55,922 nucleotides of DNA from Catajapyx aquilonaris (Eukaryota): NCBI GenBank assembly GCA_000934665.2, contig JYFJ02002493.1, positions 1-55,922 on the forward strand. The letters run 5' to 3'. The position numbers and the translations under genes were made by a program. Shown here in pieces: positions 25,402 through 37,800 of this stretch; positions within the stretch are counted from its first letter, which is position 1, and every line of letters starts with the position of its first letter. The notes under the pieces were generated by a model, which saw nothing but the letters and a program-made list of their open reading frames with translations, searched no databases and was not told the origin of the DNA.

Positions 25402-25728
25402 TCAAAGGTATATGCGCCTATCATACGTCCACAAAAAAAATAGTGAGGGAAAAGTGTCAACATGATTGTCCACTGACGCTAAGCGCTGAGAACCGCTGAG
25501 AAAAACATCGTCCATCCGAAAATGGTACGAGTCATAGCCACTCGGGTCATTAATCATGAGGTTTGGAAGCTGTTGACTGCAGTCATTCTTCTCTTCCAAA
25601 GGATGACAGCAACTGTCGTGCAGGAAGCCGACTCTTAGATGCATTACTGAGTCGAATCCGACACCTGCGTCTAAGCCGCACATCACTTTCTTTTCTGTTT
25701 CTTTTCGCCATGTGATTTCGTGCCACAT
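25402..25728 (-). pseudogene. Degenerate PIF/Harbinger transposase N-terminal fragment
   Basis: LPNLMINDPSGYDSYHFRMDDVF resembles the Harbinger N-terminal motif 'L.EL...DP..F..Y.RM....F'. Motif recall only. Confidence 0.35.
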
Positions 25729-28700
25729 TATTTCCTCATCCTCAAGATACTAACAGGTGCCAAGGATTACTCGTACATAATTCTAGCGACAGCAATTAAT
25801 TAAAAGACCCTATTACGTTTGGCCTAAATAAGCCCACCCCCAAAAAATGGGTGTAATCGATGGGGTCACACATGATTACGTACGTGGCTATTTTGACTGC
25901 TGCCATAGGCTCATTACTGTGTCCTTACGTGTACCCGATGTAAGATCGATCGGGTCGGCACTGGGGAAGTAGAATAAAAAGCGCCACGTTGCCGGCTCCA
26001 TTTTTTACCATAGATTCCTTTCCGCAAATATCATTCGCCATACTGGCATGCTTTTTCTTTTTAGTGCCAGCTACAAAGTAAGAAAAATATTGGCTCAGTT
26101 TCATGCTACATCATTTATAGAGTATCGAGCATGTGCGTCTGTTCACCTTTGGATATGGCTATACCTAGAGGTGAAAAAGGGTTAGGTTTCAATATGATGA
26201 CTTCAGAGTTCATTATTGGTAGATTTGCTTGGAATTGATTGATTTGGTGCTCAGTTCTTTTCGGCATGTCCATGATTACAGTATGTCGCCCTCAGGCTGG
26301 GAACTTGTGGAGGACGGCGGGGGAGGGGAGGAAGGGAAAATCGAATTGTCAAAAATAGAAACTGGCTGTAGTTGCAGTGACTCAACTCATGAATTAGTTT
26401 CTCAATTGTACAAACCCTTGCAAACAAAATATTTCGGGAGAGAAGACACACACCTGATGAGCCAGTATGACAAAACGAGAAAAAGAAGTAGGCTATAGGC
26501 AGATGGATGCAGTGGGCTCTTTTGACCTGGCATTATTATTTGTTTGTGGAAAGTCAGGTGGTTTGAGGTCAGGCCAAGTCAATTTTGGGGACAGAATGAA
26601 GAGAAAGGAGTGGCGCCTTGTGAAGGCCTTCTGCCGCAGTTGAAGCGTTCCTATCGATCCGCTAAAGGCGCCACGGGCCACCCAGGGAAACCAGGCCAGC
26701 TTCCAAATGCTAGGCATACCCTACCCCTACAACTATATCCCTAACTACCCTGCCCTACCCTTACAAGCCCTTCGGCACCTATGGCACTTCCATACGCATC
26801 ACTGCACTATGTCGTGATCCTCTCACCTGGCCCATTTAGCATACCACTTTAGCAGCCGATGGTCGTCTCACCACTGGTTTCCTTGTACATGCTGCATTTA
26901 GGGGGGGGCCTGCGATTGCCAATTCATGTTTCCAGACATAACATGGCAGTCGAGGTTCCAATTCGGCTAGGTTTTTGCATTTCAAGTACAAAGGGTTGTT
27001 CAAAAAATAGGCGGACTGACGTTTTGCTCAATTGAACTGACGGCGTAGATACTTTTTAGGAAATGGGACATGAAAAGCAGGGTCTCGTGTTCTGGAACAC
27101 TGTCGAGATCCAGCCAGGTCAGCGGCAAGACAATTGATTTAGCGCATCCTTTCAAATGAATGAGAAAATATTCGGCAGATGTGCTGGCTTCATTTATATT
27201 CATATTATTTTGGCACCAGTGTTAAAAATGAAAGGATCTGTTGTGAATTCTACTGTTGTTCTCGGTTACGAACAATAGGAAATTGCTGAATCTCCACAAA
27301 ATTTAGTGAAAATTGTTCCTAATAATGTCGGATGACGGTTTTGCGGAAATTTGCACTATTGCAATTTCGAAAATAATTGTTTACAACAAATCAGCCTATA
27401 GTGCCTAAAAATATCTCAACACTACAACCATTTCAATTGGGACGTACTGTATTGTAAACAAACTACATTACCCAAAGTGCTACAGTATCTATCCAATACA
27501 CCTGCACAGTATACAGTACAGTACCCCCATCACGATGCGAATTTTAATGAGTAATATAACCGAATCGAAGCAATGCAATACTGGACATATTATTATAATT
27601 ATGCATTACAGGCTCATTTTAATAAACTATGGCATTACTACAAAAGTACCACTTTGATGTACTTGCAGTTTAAAATGATCGTATCATGCGGAGTGGAGAA
27701 TTTATCGGATACCATCCCAGGAAAACCCCTCCCCTCGGCCCAATTCAATTTTTCGATTTCCGTACCCGCTATTCAGATTCAAAAGCTCTTAGTTATTGCT
27801 AGACATCATGTCTGAAAACCTCCTGATTTCGGTGCTGTACTATAGCCTTTCCTATTATGGATATGAGTCTCAAATAATGACGAGTGTTACAGTGTGTGTC
27901 AAAACAACACGACTCAATATCCGGGCGAGTCCCCAACAGGTGTGTATCTTTCATGCTCAACGGAAACATGCAACCAGAGGGACTAAAGTAGTAAAGAGCA
28001 CCTATTTATGGATCCATCAGTGGACGAAAAACCCGAAGGTCGTCCGCCTGAAAAAGAAAAAGAAAGAAAAAAATTGACGCCAAATCATTCCTCCAGCATA
28101 TAAAGGTCGAATATAACAGGTCGACTTCTGCATTATTCTGTGCTTCCAATTACTACATTCAGTTTGGAGTCGTGCTGTACCTCCGTGTTTAACCTTTTAG
28201 CCAGGTAAAAAATGGCTATAGACCAACACGCTTTATCCATAGTAGCATGCGTTATCGCAATACACAGAACAATGCTGCATTATTTTAATTTTGATATGGA
28301 TTTTGTTAACAGTAGGTGGTCAAATATTAAGGACCCTACTCACGTTCAATTGTATCGGGATTTTTGGAGGTGTTTATGGCCTACCCTCCATTTGAATTAA
28401 ACGCATTTTGCTACCACGTTACTAGGAGATTCATTAGGTAAGCCAGGTAAGATTAAATGAGAAATAAGCCCGTCAGTTTAAATGGAGCGGGAATTAACTA
28501 CGTAAGGGCTGACAACCAAATGTGGTTTACGCCCATAACTTATTGAAATACGTACTTTAAAGCCGACATAGACCGATACAGTTTATTTTGAAAACCCACT
28601 TTAAAACTGTTGCAACTCCCGCATTTATTAATTAAAAGCAAGCAAAATCCCGCAATAAAAAAACGTCGCAAGGTTAACAAAGTCATAATATGTGTTAATA

Positions 28701-28742
28701 AAAGATGGTGCAACCTACCAGAACATATACGTATATGCATTA

Positions 28743-28831
28743 TGCAGGGTGATGCAAACTACTTGCGCGACTAATCTGGCTATTTATATTAGCCACATAT
28801 TAGTTGGGCAAGTAATTTGCATCACCCTGCA
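28743..28831. mobile_element. Very small palindromic MITE (89 bp)
   Basis: TA|TGCAGGGTGATGCAAA...TTTGCATCACCCTGCA|TA. Pairing continues almost to the centre. Confidence 0.8.
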
Positions 28832-30962
28832 TAGGTAATCTTGTGAAGTTATTGGCACGTGTCCATTTTGATATTAAATATCGTGACAGTCAGCTGGAAA
28901 TATTCTGTCAGTTTCAATATCAAATATAACCGTTTCCAGAGCAGACGTTAAAACGTCTCTGGAAACGATTACGAATTCGACATGGAGCATTCAAATAGTG
29001 AATAGGTGCCAAGAGGTACTGTAACTCCTAAAGCCTCGTTTTGGAGCTCTCAGCCAGCAGGAATATGTTTTGGCAGCACGCAGTCCAAGTCGAGGTCAAT
29101 GTAGCTCTATTATTTTGGTTTGGAATAGGTAGCAGCTTGGCTAGAGAGTGAGCACATGGCCGTCAATAGCACCATGTGAGTTTATGAGATCAGTAATTAA
29201 GTGCGGCTGAAAGCTACCAGGGGGAGGATACTATGAATATATGATCCCGTGTTCATTACCGACGTGACACATGGGTACCTGGGTGTCATCATGAGAAAAT
29301 GAGTGACGCCGCTTGAATATTGAAGTCGCGTCCATATTCATATTACTTTGGCAGCCTGCGAGGTGATGAACAAAGTCTATCTATGTCATAAGCTGCTTAT
29401 GATATGTAAGCATTAAGCAGCTTAGGAGATAAGATGTAGGATTTGTTTTTTTTGGTGCTGGAATTTTTGCTGAAGGTTCACTGTTGACACAGTTTTGTTT
29501 TAAAAAAATCCAATGGCTGCTCTTGGTTTGTCCTCCAAAAGGGCGCAAGATAATCAAGTACTGCATTATCATATTAAACTTTCCGTGCCGGCCTCTAATG
29601 AAACTTGTGGTGCTCAAAACCAGTGGTACGGGCGTGAGTGTTGACACAATCGTGCTGTCCGTGAACTTGTATGTCGCACTCACCTGACCTTCTCTCATAC
29701 AGTATATCAAGTCTGATCCTAGTAGGTGACTATTCAGCTGGTATTTCTCTCACCAACAGACCAGAAATTATTGGAATCACATAAACAGGGCCAAACAATC
29801 CTGAATAACTTATCGATCATACCAGGAGAATGTAGTGCAATGCACAGGGCTGACTCATCAGAATATGCCCAGATTGGCCTTTGTCGAGTTCTCGTTTTCT
29901 AAATGATAGGTTTCCACTTTCTCAAATAGCTTTTGCTACGATTTGTTTGCATTATAAGTTTTTGAAGAGTTCCGGCTTGGCTTTAAAGCAAAGTGCGTAT
30001 TCATATTTCATATAGTAAACCAACGCAACGTTGTGATTGGTATGCAATTTGTCAGGATCATAATTGGCTTCTTTGTTAGTCAAGCTCAATTTCATCTTAG
30101 AATCCTAAATGACCCTAGACTATTCTTGGGCTTCCAGTTCATTACACCCTGCGAAGTAATAGCAGGATTCGATACCCCGATCGTATTGGATATCTAAAAG
30201 CGGGGACGACCATCACATCCGGATGATACCAATGATCCGGAATGGTGCTCCCACATTACAGATGTTTGCATGTATTTCCTGGGGGTTTGAGGTCGTATCA
30301 CGTTTCTTGTCCTTCCACCTCCTTATTCCTCAGCCACCCTTATTCGTGCGATATAGATCTCTTGCATTTGCAATCGCTGCTCACGACCAACCGACACGTG
30401 ACAAGCGTGGGTGGAGTCTAATCAATGGCGTCACATGATATTCCCGTATCGGGATACCCCCCTCACAAAACCCAGCTCAAAACCGACCCGGATCATTCCA
30501 AAAACAGGCCACAACAAAAGGGGAAAATGTACAAACGTTTTTTTTTGTTTTTTGTTTTTTGATTATGTGTATATTTTTTTATCAATAGCTCTCACCATCG
30601 CTAACTCATTACCATACAGCTCGTATACAGCATCCATTTACACAAGGCTGGTTTATTAATATCTAAAAAGGTCAATCAATATGAATAAATTGGCGCAGTG
30701 ACCGGCAGGGAGGAAACTGGCGTTATTTCTATCGATTTGTTATCAAGGGAACGTAGGTTAATCAGAATGCGTTTTTGGCAAATGGCGAGTGTTAGAAGGG
30801 AATTTGATTGACGCCCAGGGTCGATTGGCGGGTGGGGAAAGCTAAACAAAAAAAAAGTCATCGATTAGTCTGCAGCAGCCTTACCACAAACCATATGTAT
30901 ATACATACACATATGAGTAACGACAGTCTACGCCTGCATGCCAGGAGTAGCTTTACCTTACG

Positions 30963-31034
30963 GCCCCTGTAGTTTAGTGGCAGAACACACGCTCTACATG
31001 GGCGTGGGCCTGGGTTCGATTCCCAGCAGGGGCA
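30963..31034 (+). pseudogene. tRNA-like sequence (Gly-like), probably a SINE head or pseudo-tRNA
   Basis: Perfect 7-bp acceptor stem GCCCCTG/CAGGGGC, D-arm and perfect T-arm CTGGG-TTCGATT-CCCAG, but a 9-nt anticodon loop. Confidence 0.7.
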
Positions 31035-32949
31035 CACAGGTGTGAGTTGCTTCCATAGCCCGCCGGATACACTAGCCTATTTTATAGCCACGATTATAGT
31101 AATCTGCGCCTTGGGATGGTGTTCAAAATGTCATCGTTTTTTGCCTCTCTGGATGGGATCCAGGCGAGTTACAGAAATCCCGTATTATCTGTCTCCAGGG
31201 GGAAAACCTCCAGCTGAACATGAATGCATTTAAAAATCTGGGGCAAGTTCCTACATATTTTTTTTTCGAAACGTGCAGCGTGAGTATATACAGTATAAAT
31301 ATAAAAAAGGGCTGGATAAGAAATGCGAGAACTTGCCAATTGTTCATCATGTCTCCCAATTTGAAAAAAAAAAGCGGAATCGATATCTCAGCTGAAAGTT
31401 GGACCTGACCAAGAGCGACTCATGACTGTGTCTGGCACATAAAACTGCGCAAAATCGATCCGGTTCCATCACGGGCCACTACAACTGCTTCTATTGCATG
31501 AATCTTACAACAACCACCCTCCACCCTCCCACCTTTCCTTCGGATATGCCGCACCTGATATGGGACTGGGGAAATAGGCAGATATAAACGTTGTTTTCTG
31601 CTTTATCCAGAAATCTGGTCGAAAAACTGGTCCCGGGGGAAAAAATACGCGGAAGTAATTAATTGCAACACAATCAGTGGAAGTAACAAGGTATATAAAA
31701 AATGTCCCGTCACTCTCTTCCTGCAGTACGTGGGTGTATCTTGACAGGAAATCTACCAAAAAAGTGACAGTCGCGAAATGAGACCATACTCCATGATGTA
31801 CCCTGAGGCTATATTCCGCTTTAGGAATCATAATTGCATATCTTATTTCTTTGCTTCTGACACTTCCGTCCCTCTTTTTCTTCAAGTTGACATGCAACAC
31901 AAACCAATTATTTTAGGGCGGTAATTTTCATACGGTTGTCTGGCAACAATGTCGTTTGTTGCCAACAGATCTGGATGAATATGTTTTGCAGGTGTGGATG
32001 GGTAGGGGTATAGACTGAAAGCACTGCAGTCCTCATTACTCAACTGTCATCAGACAGATTACATATTACGATAATGCAATATCGAACCGTGGCCGAATTG
32101 TGAGACCGGCCTTCTGACTCTTGTTCAGCACTGGCTCACTGCCTGTATTGGAACCGAGCTTTTTCCATCACATCGTCACAGATTTTTTTTTTTTGTATGA
32201 TAGTACGGTACAAATATTATGCTTGCTAGGCAAGTAGCTTTTTTGCGTTATGCTTCGTCGACTTTTTTGACTGCTTGCGTTTTATAATTGCTGGCTTTAG
32301 ATGAAAGAGAAGGGTACATTTCTGCGTGTATATGGATCAAAATGTGTCATCATAGTGCTGAATTAAAAATGCATGTTAATTCAGACAACTGAGGAAATAC
32401 AGCCTGCTTTTTACAAATAGCTCAACATTGTAGTCCAGATATCCATTAAAAGCAATTCTTCCTCAGCTTATGACAAAAAAAATGCACACTACAGCACTAG
32501 AATGATTGCCGGCTTTTTTTGCTCCGTATGGAAATAGTGCACGTCTTAGCGGCACTGAGCCTATGTTGTCCCAAAAAAATCTGACAAATTATGGGGTTAA
32601 AGCCCCGTCCGACTGCAACCTGTCATCTCCCTCAGCTTTGCCACCAACTGCAGTGACTCTTATAAAATATACACTATCCCGTACCCATAAAGGTGATATT
32701 TTCAGGAGTCCCTGCAGGCACACCACCTCCCACGGGGAATCAGTTGGCCGCTTCCATGGCTTCGCTTTCCCGGCAAATGCTCGACCAGCTTCCCCTCCTT
32801 TTCGGCCTCAGGCGGGAGGGAAATTAAATGCGTATCGAAGTCTACTGATCCAGATCAGAATGCCTGGCCAGCATTGTTGCTAACAATATTTCCAGCCCTT
32901 TTGCAACACCCTATATGTAACTGGCAAGACCTTTCGGATCTCACTAACA

Positions 32950-33000
<51 letters not shown>
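32950..33000. repeat. (AAT)n microsatellite
   Basis: About 17 perfect AAT units. Confidence 0.98.
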
Positions 33001-33015
33001 TTTTATGATTAACGT

Positions 33016-33711
33016 AGGTGTTCCAGTGGTCGACAGTGTCCCAGTGGTCGACACCGGAGACTTGGAACCTAAATAACAAGGGAACGCGGCAATATTGAGC
33101 GGAAATGAGACATTTGGCACATCATTTTACATCCGTTTCGGGTTGACTGATCGAAACATGTGTACCATTCAGGGCCTACTTAGTGAATGAGAAGCGCGTG
33201 AACAAGTCACCTCCAATTTATGCCTTGAAATGGTGCTTTTCTTAGTGGTTTTGGTAAGAGACACGTACTGGGTCGAGGGGTTATTCACTTACATTTTTTT
33301 GCTTACACGGACTACCCCTCGGACTAACCACCGGACTACCACGGACTACCCCTGGATTACCCACGAAGGTGTACACGGACTAGCCTTAGTGAATAACCCC
33401 TCGTCCTCGCCAGCCGACCGGAGACATCTAGACGGAGGGTGTCGACCACTGGGACATGAGTGGTGTCGACTACTGGGACAGTCATCATTTTTGGTGTCGA
33501 TAACTGGAACATTTGCACACTTGCGCATGACAATTTTTTACGCAAAGTTGACCTGTCTAATGTGGCACGAATGTACACGGAATGAAAGAGCAAGTCTCGA
33601 CGATTCGAACGATAAATTTACTTCATGATTTCTTAAACTATTCCCCTGTAAAGAGGGTTAGGCGTGAATTTTTTTCCTCGGTTAACGTGTCGACCACTGG
33701 GGCACTCACCT
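33016..33711. mobile_element. Non-autonomous TIR DNA transposon with subterminal CCAGTGGTCGACA repeats (pogo/Tc1-like)
   Basis: Left end has two forward CCAGTGGTCGACA copies. Reverse copies occur near 33440, 33465, 33496 and 33689. The right end is ...GGGGCACTCACCT|TA. Confidence 0.7.
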
Positions 33712-36331
33712 TATATGATGACATTATTATTGTTAGAGATTTTATGAGCTGAATTGGGACTTATTGTGATAGACATGATATTTTATTCTGGAATTAAGAA
33801 TGATAGGGAGTAAACAAATGGAAGTGCATAGCCAATAGCTGCAGTGCCTTTTTCATGCTGTAAGTAGTTCTGTCATAAAGGAGATCATTCCCAGTGTATG
33901 TAATAATACATGTAGCCTACAGCCTGATTATACCCCACGATACGCAATGTGGAACAAGGAGATTCCCATTATGTATTAATAACATGCTTGGGGATTGAAT
34001 ATTGATGAGAGAGAGGGAGTATCCTGATGGCTGAGTAAGAAAAACAAACTTAGCATATCCACAGTGCAGCACAATCATGTTCAGCCGGTTGAGAGCTAAT
34101 GCCACAAACATGAAATAACTCTCTCGGGTACCATAAAATGTGACTACTGTTTTGAAATAACGTTCGACGCACTCTTGATATTGTTAATATTGTACAGTAC
34201 TTATATATCATTGACGAGCACTTTTGGTTCCATATTGTAATGCCATGTTGCGACGCACCCTGACCTCTAACCTTAAGGCTGTAGCTTCAGACAAGCGAAA
34301 TTCCACTTTAAGTGGTCATCAGGCGCAGATATGGCCTATTATGACGTAATAGGCGTGAACAATATTGAGGAAATGACTCGGCAACGGTGCGATTTTGTGG
34401 GCTCTCGAGAAGCACAGACGCTGGCACAAGCCGGAAGAGGGTGGGAGCTGCCGTTGATGCAAAAATTAAATATTCGCGTTCTTTAAGGCCCCCCACCCCC
34501 ATTCCAGGCCATGTCTCGGCAGCAGCAGCGTCTCTCGCTTTGACGAATATTTTGCCTCCAGAGTAGGAAGCTGCGAAGAGGAAGCAGTATATTGCCTTCC
34601 TGCTAGGGTCAAACGGGCACCAAAACAGCAGAAAGACTGACATCCCCCGCATTCACAAGATGAAGTTCGTTGCTAGTTGGCAGTTTGTCCTAGAGATGGC
34701 GTGGATGCAGGGTGTGTAAGGTGGCGTACCTGGGTGGAGGCATGGGGTTGTGAGACGGCCGGAGACGAGGCTAGCTCTAATAAATAGGTTGTTGGCAACA
34801 TGTGCATTATTGGACCACGACCACGACCCCGGGGTATGGTGATATGACCCAGGGAGGTCAGATGTCCCAAGACAAACTGGTTTTATAACAGAGTCGGCAT
34901 TTGTCTCTTCTCTATTTAGCCCGCAATATTACATACCTTGTAACGGACAGATTTCCTATACAGTATTATAGGCAATGTGGACAGCTGCCAATTCGGCAGA
35001 TTTCGAGGAGCCATTACTCGCGCTGTGGTGACTTAAGTAGCTCAATTTCTGCTGCAGGTGCAACGATAATGATAGGTTGGCGAAGTATACCATTGTTACT
35101 TTAGAGGGCCGCTGCTTGAGTATTAATTAGCAGCCTATACTCGCAGGAAGCATATACCCCTGAGTCAGCATTGGGGAGTTTCTTACAATTAGTCAGATGG
35201 TTTCAAAAGGAATATTCCGTAAGGGAGGGTGAAAGTCCAGTGATGCGTTGTAATTATTCCAGGCTTACGTACCAAAAGTTCTAGGATGAAATTGTTCTTA
35301 TTCTGCTTCGGTTTCCACTCGAAAATATCTGTTACGCATCCCGAAACTTGATGAAATTATTCAAAGGTCTGAATATGTTGACTTTTGCGAATGTAACCCA
35401 CCTTTCAGCACTCTGAACCCCAGTGTGAATGTAGCCAGCTCCCAGCTGTACTTTTCGTGTTTTTGCCAATGTTCCAGTGTCGGTAAATGATCCTTGCGTT
35501 TCATTTATGAGTAGCACGGTATAAGCCTCGAACTTCCACACTTTCGTTAACAATGCATCCCTACGCACAATAACTTCACCATCTATTGTCTTAGAAGTTA
35601 ATGCACATACGTCATTGCAAAACTCGTCTTATAGCACATTTGCAATGAATATTTGCAGCTGCATAGCTTTGCTTTTAAAGTTTGGATTTGGATTTTCATG
35701 AAACTGCATAGTGAACTTGACTTGAATACCTAATGTCACATATGCACATGAAAATGATAATAGCCGTACATAGGTGTATAGCTCCTGAGATTCAAGATTC
35801 ACTCTTGAAAAGTAGTGGACAACTTTCAAAAATATCGCCCTCACTTCCTGTCTCCTATTGTTGTCGTCATGTTTCTTCCACTTTTTTGCTACAGTATGTG
35901 CTTATGGCGCCCAGGCGCAACTTTTTTATTTCACAAAGTTTGACAGTTTAAGTTAATGTGATAGTTATCAGATATTACTTTAGAATCTAAGTCTGTTCTG
36001 AAGGCTATACACTCTGCTCAGGTCTATCGACAAAGAGCTTAAAAACCTCGCTATGATAAAGGCCTAAAGTACTATTGACTGAATTCTACTATCGACCTAC
36101 TCTCATAGCGAGCTGCAACGGACCTATGGTTGTGGTTTAGGGATCTTCTTCCGCCCCTGAGAACGTCAGCCCACGATATTACAACACAGTGCAAGTGTAT
36201 AATATCTATCAGGAAAATAAGGGAAGCGTGCTGCTCAACGCAGAAAGCATAAGCCATGCCTCCTTTTTTTATAAAGAAAATCCTTGGCTGCATCTAATCT
36301 ACTACAGAGTATAGTGTAACATCTAAGGAAG

Positions 36332-36714
36332 CTATACCGGTATACATCCAAAGTACGAACTAAATCCATCAAGTAGATGCCTAGCAGATGTAAAGAGCGT
36401 TCCCTCTCCCAGCACCTCTTTCCCCAACCCGCATATATCCGATTGCACCCACTGAAGCCTGAGATCCCCGAGAATTTGTCCTAGTGGTTCCAGTGGTCCC
36501 ATCATGGCATCACACACCAGTCCATTTGACTCCAAACTCTGCAGAAGTGTGTCTAATTTGACACCACCATATAGTCCATTTCTATAGATAGCATTTTTGA
36601 TTTTTATTTTGCAAAATGGTAGAGGTCACATTCTTACACGGATGTAGCTGGAAGCGTGCAGCGCATAATGATAACAAATACTAAGAGGTGACTGATGAAA
36701 ATTCTTGACGCCGT
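36332..36714 (-). pseudogene. Candidate spliced secreted-protein gene/pseudogene (exons 36714-36638 and 36581-36332), with ACG at the expected start
   Basis: (T)ASRIFISHLLVFVIIMRCTLPATS is signal-like. Donor GT|GTAAGA and a 56-nt intron join it in frame to VNGLYGGVKLDTLLQSLESNGLVCDAMM...DICGLGKEVLGEG...YFGCIPV*. TATAAATA lies upstream at 36863-36856. Confidence 0.5.
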
Positions 36715-37730
36715 AATGAGGCTTAAATGAGATTGGAAGACTAGGGCTGAGCTTGATGAGAGAAGAAGGTACGTGCCAATATTTGCGTATACCAGAGGCG
36801 AATATTTCAGAAATGAAATTGCAAGAGCTAAGCTATCAAGATGCATTTCTCATTTTATTTATATGCATGTCATCCAATATCCTCTCCGTTCGTATCTGGT
36901 TCCGTCTGATTCTAAGCCATCTACAGCATACTAAAACCGCGGATATCTCCCAAATCCAGACCCGAATCACAACATTACGACTTATCCCGTATAATAAACG
37001 GTTATGGAATTGCTGTAATATTCTTGAAGGGAATTAGCTGATCTATTTTAAGCTCGATGACTGCTTCTATCCATGCAGCGCGGGTATTCCATGGCAACTG
37101 TTTTCAGGTGATTCATTAATGAATTGCTCGGCACGAGCGAAATATCAATATATGCGTATAATTATGGTAAAGGTCATATTATTGTAATTTGTTAACAGCT
37201 TTCTAATTTATAACTCGGTATTTGTGTCAATTATTCCCATCATAATATTGTTTACAATATCCAATGCTGAAAATCATGTTATAATGCTGTTTCACTGTAA
37301 CTGAATCCAGCGTGTATATTTCTTTGATCGATGTAGCGAGTAATGCTAATCAAAGAGTTTGCTTCAATTATAGCCATGTTACAGTATAGTGCATTCATGG
37401 AATCGCCATCATTATTAATTGATATGTTCCCAGTATAGCCATTGCAGCAAGCCTTTTAGTTCTATAGTAAGTTTTGTCGCGCCGACACCCAAATGGGCGC
37501 ACCTGACTAACTTCTGACGGCCGCCACACAAATAAGCAGACTTATAACTCACCAACTATCTGTTTATCACTATGGTTCACGTTTATTCAACAATTATGAC
37601 GTCAATTGGCATGGATATTGCACAGATGCAACTTTGACCCCATAAGTCTTTGTCAACCTAGCTCATACATAAGCAATTCCGGCAATCCACCCTTATCATC
37701 AGCATCAAACTCTTCATACACACGCACACC

Positions 37731-37800
<70 letters not shown>
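37731..37800. repeat. (AAT)n microsatellite
   Basis: About 23 perfect AAT units. Confidence 0.98.

Noticed and set aside
33300..33510. Short repeats that might suggest a CRISPR array
   Set aside because: They are irregular, lack unique spacers and cas genes, and sit inside a TIR element in eukaryotic DNA.
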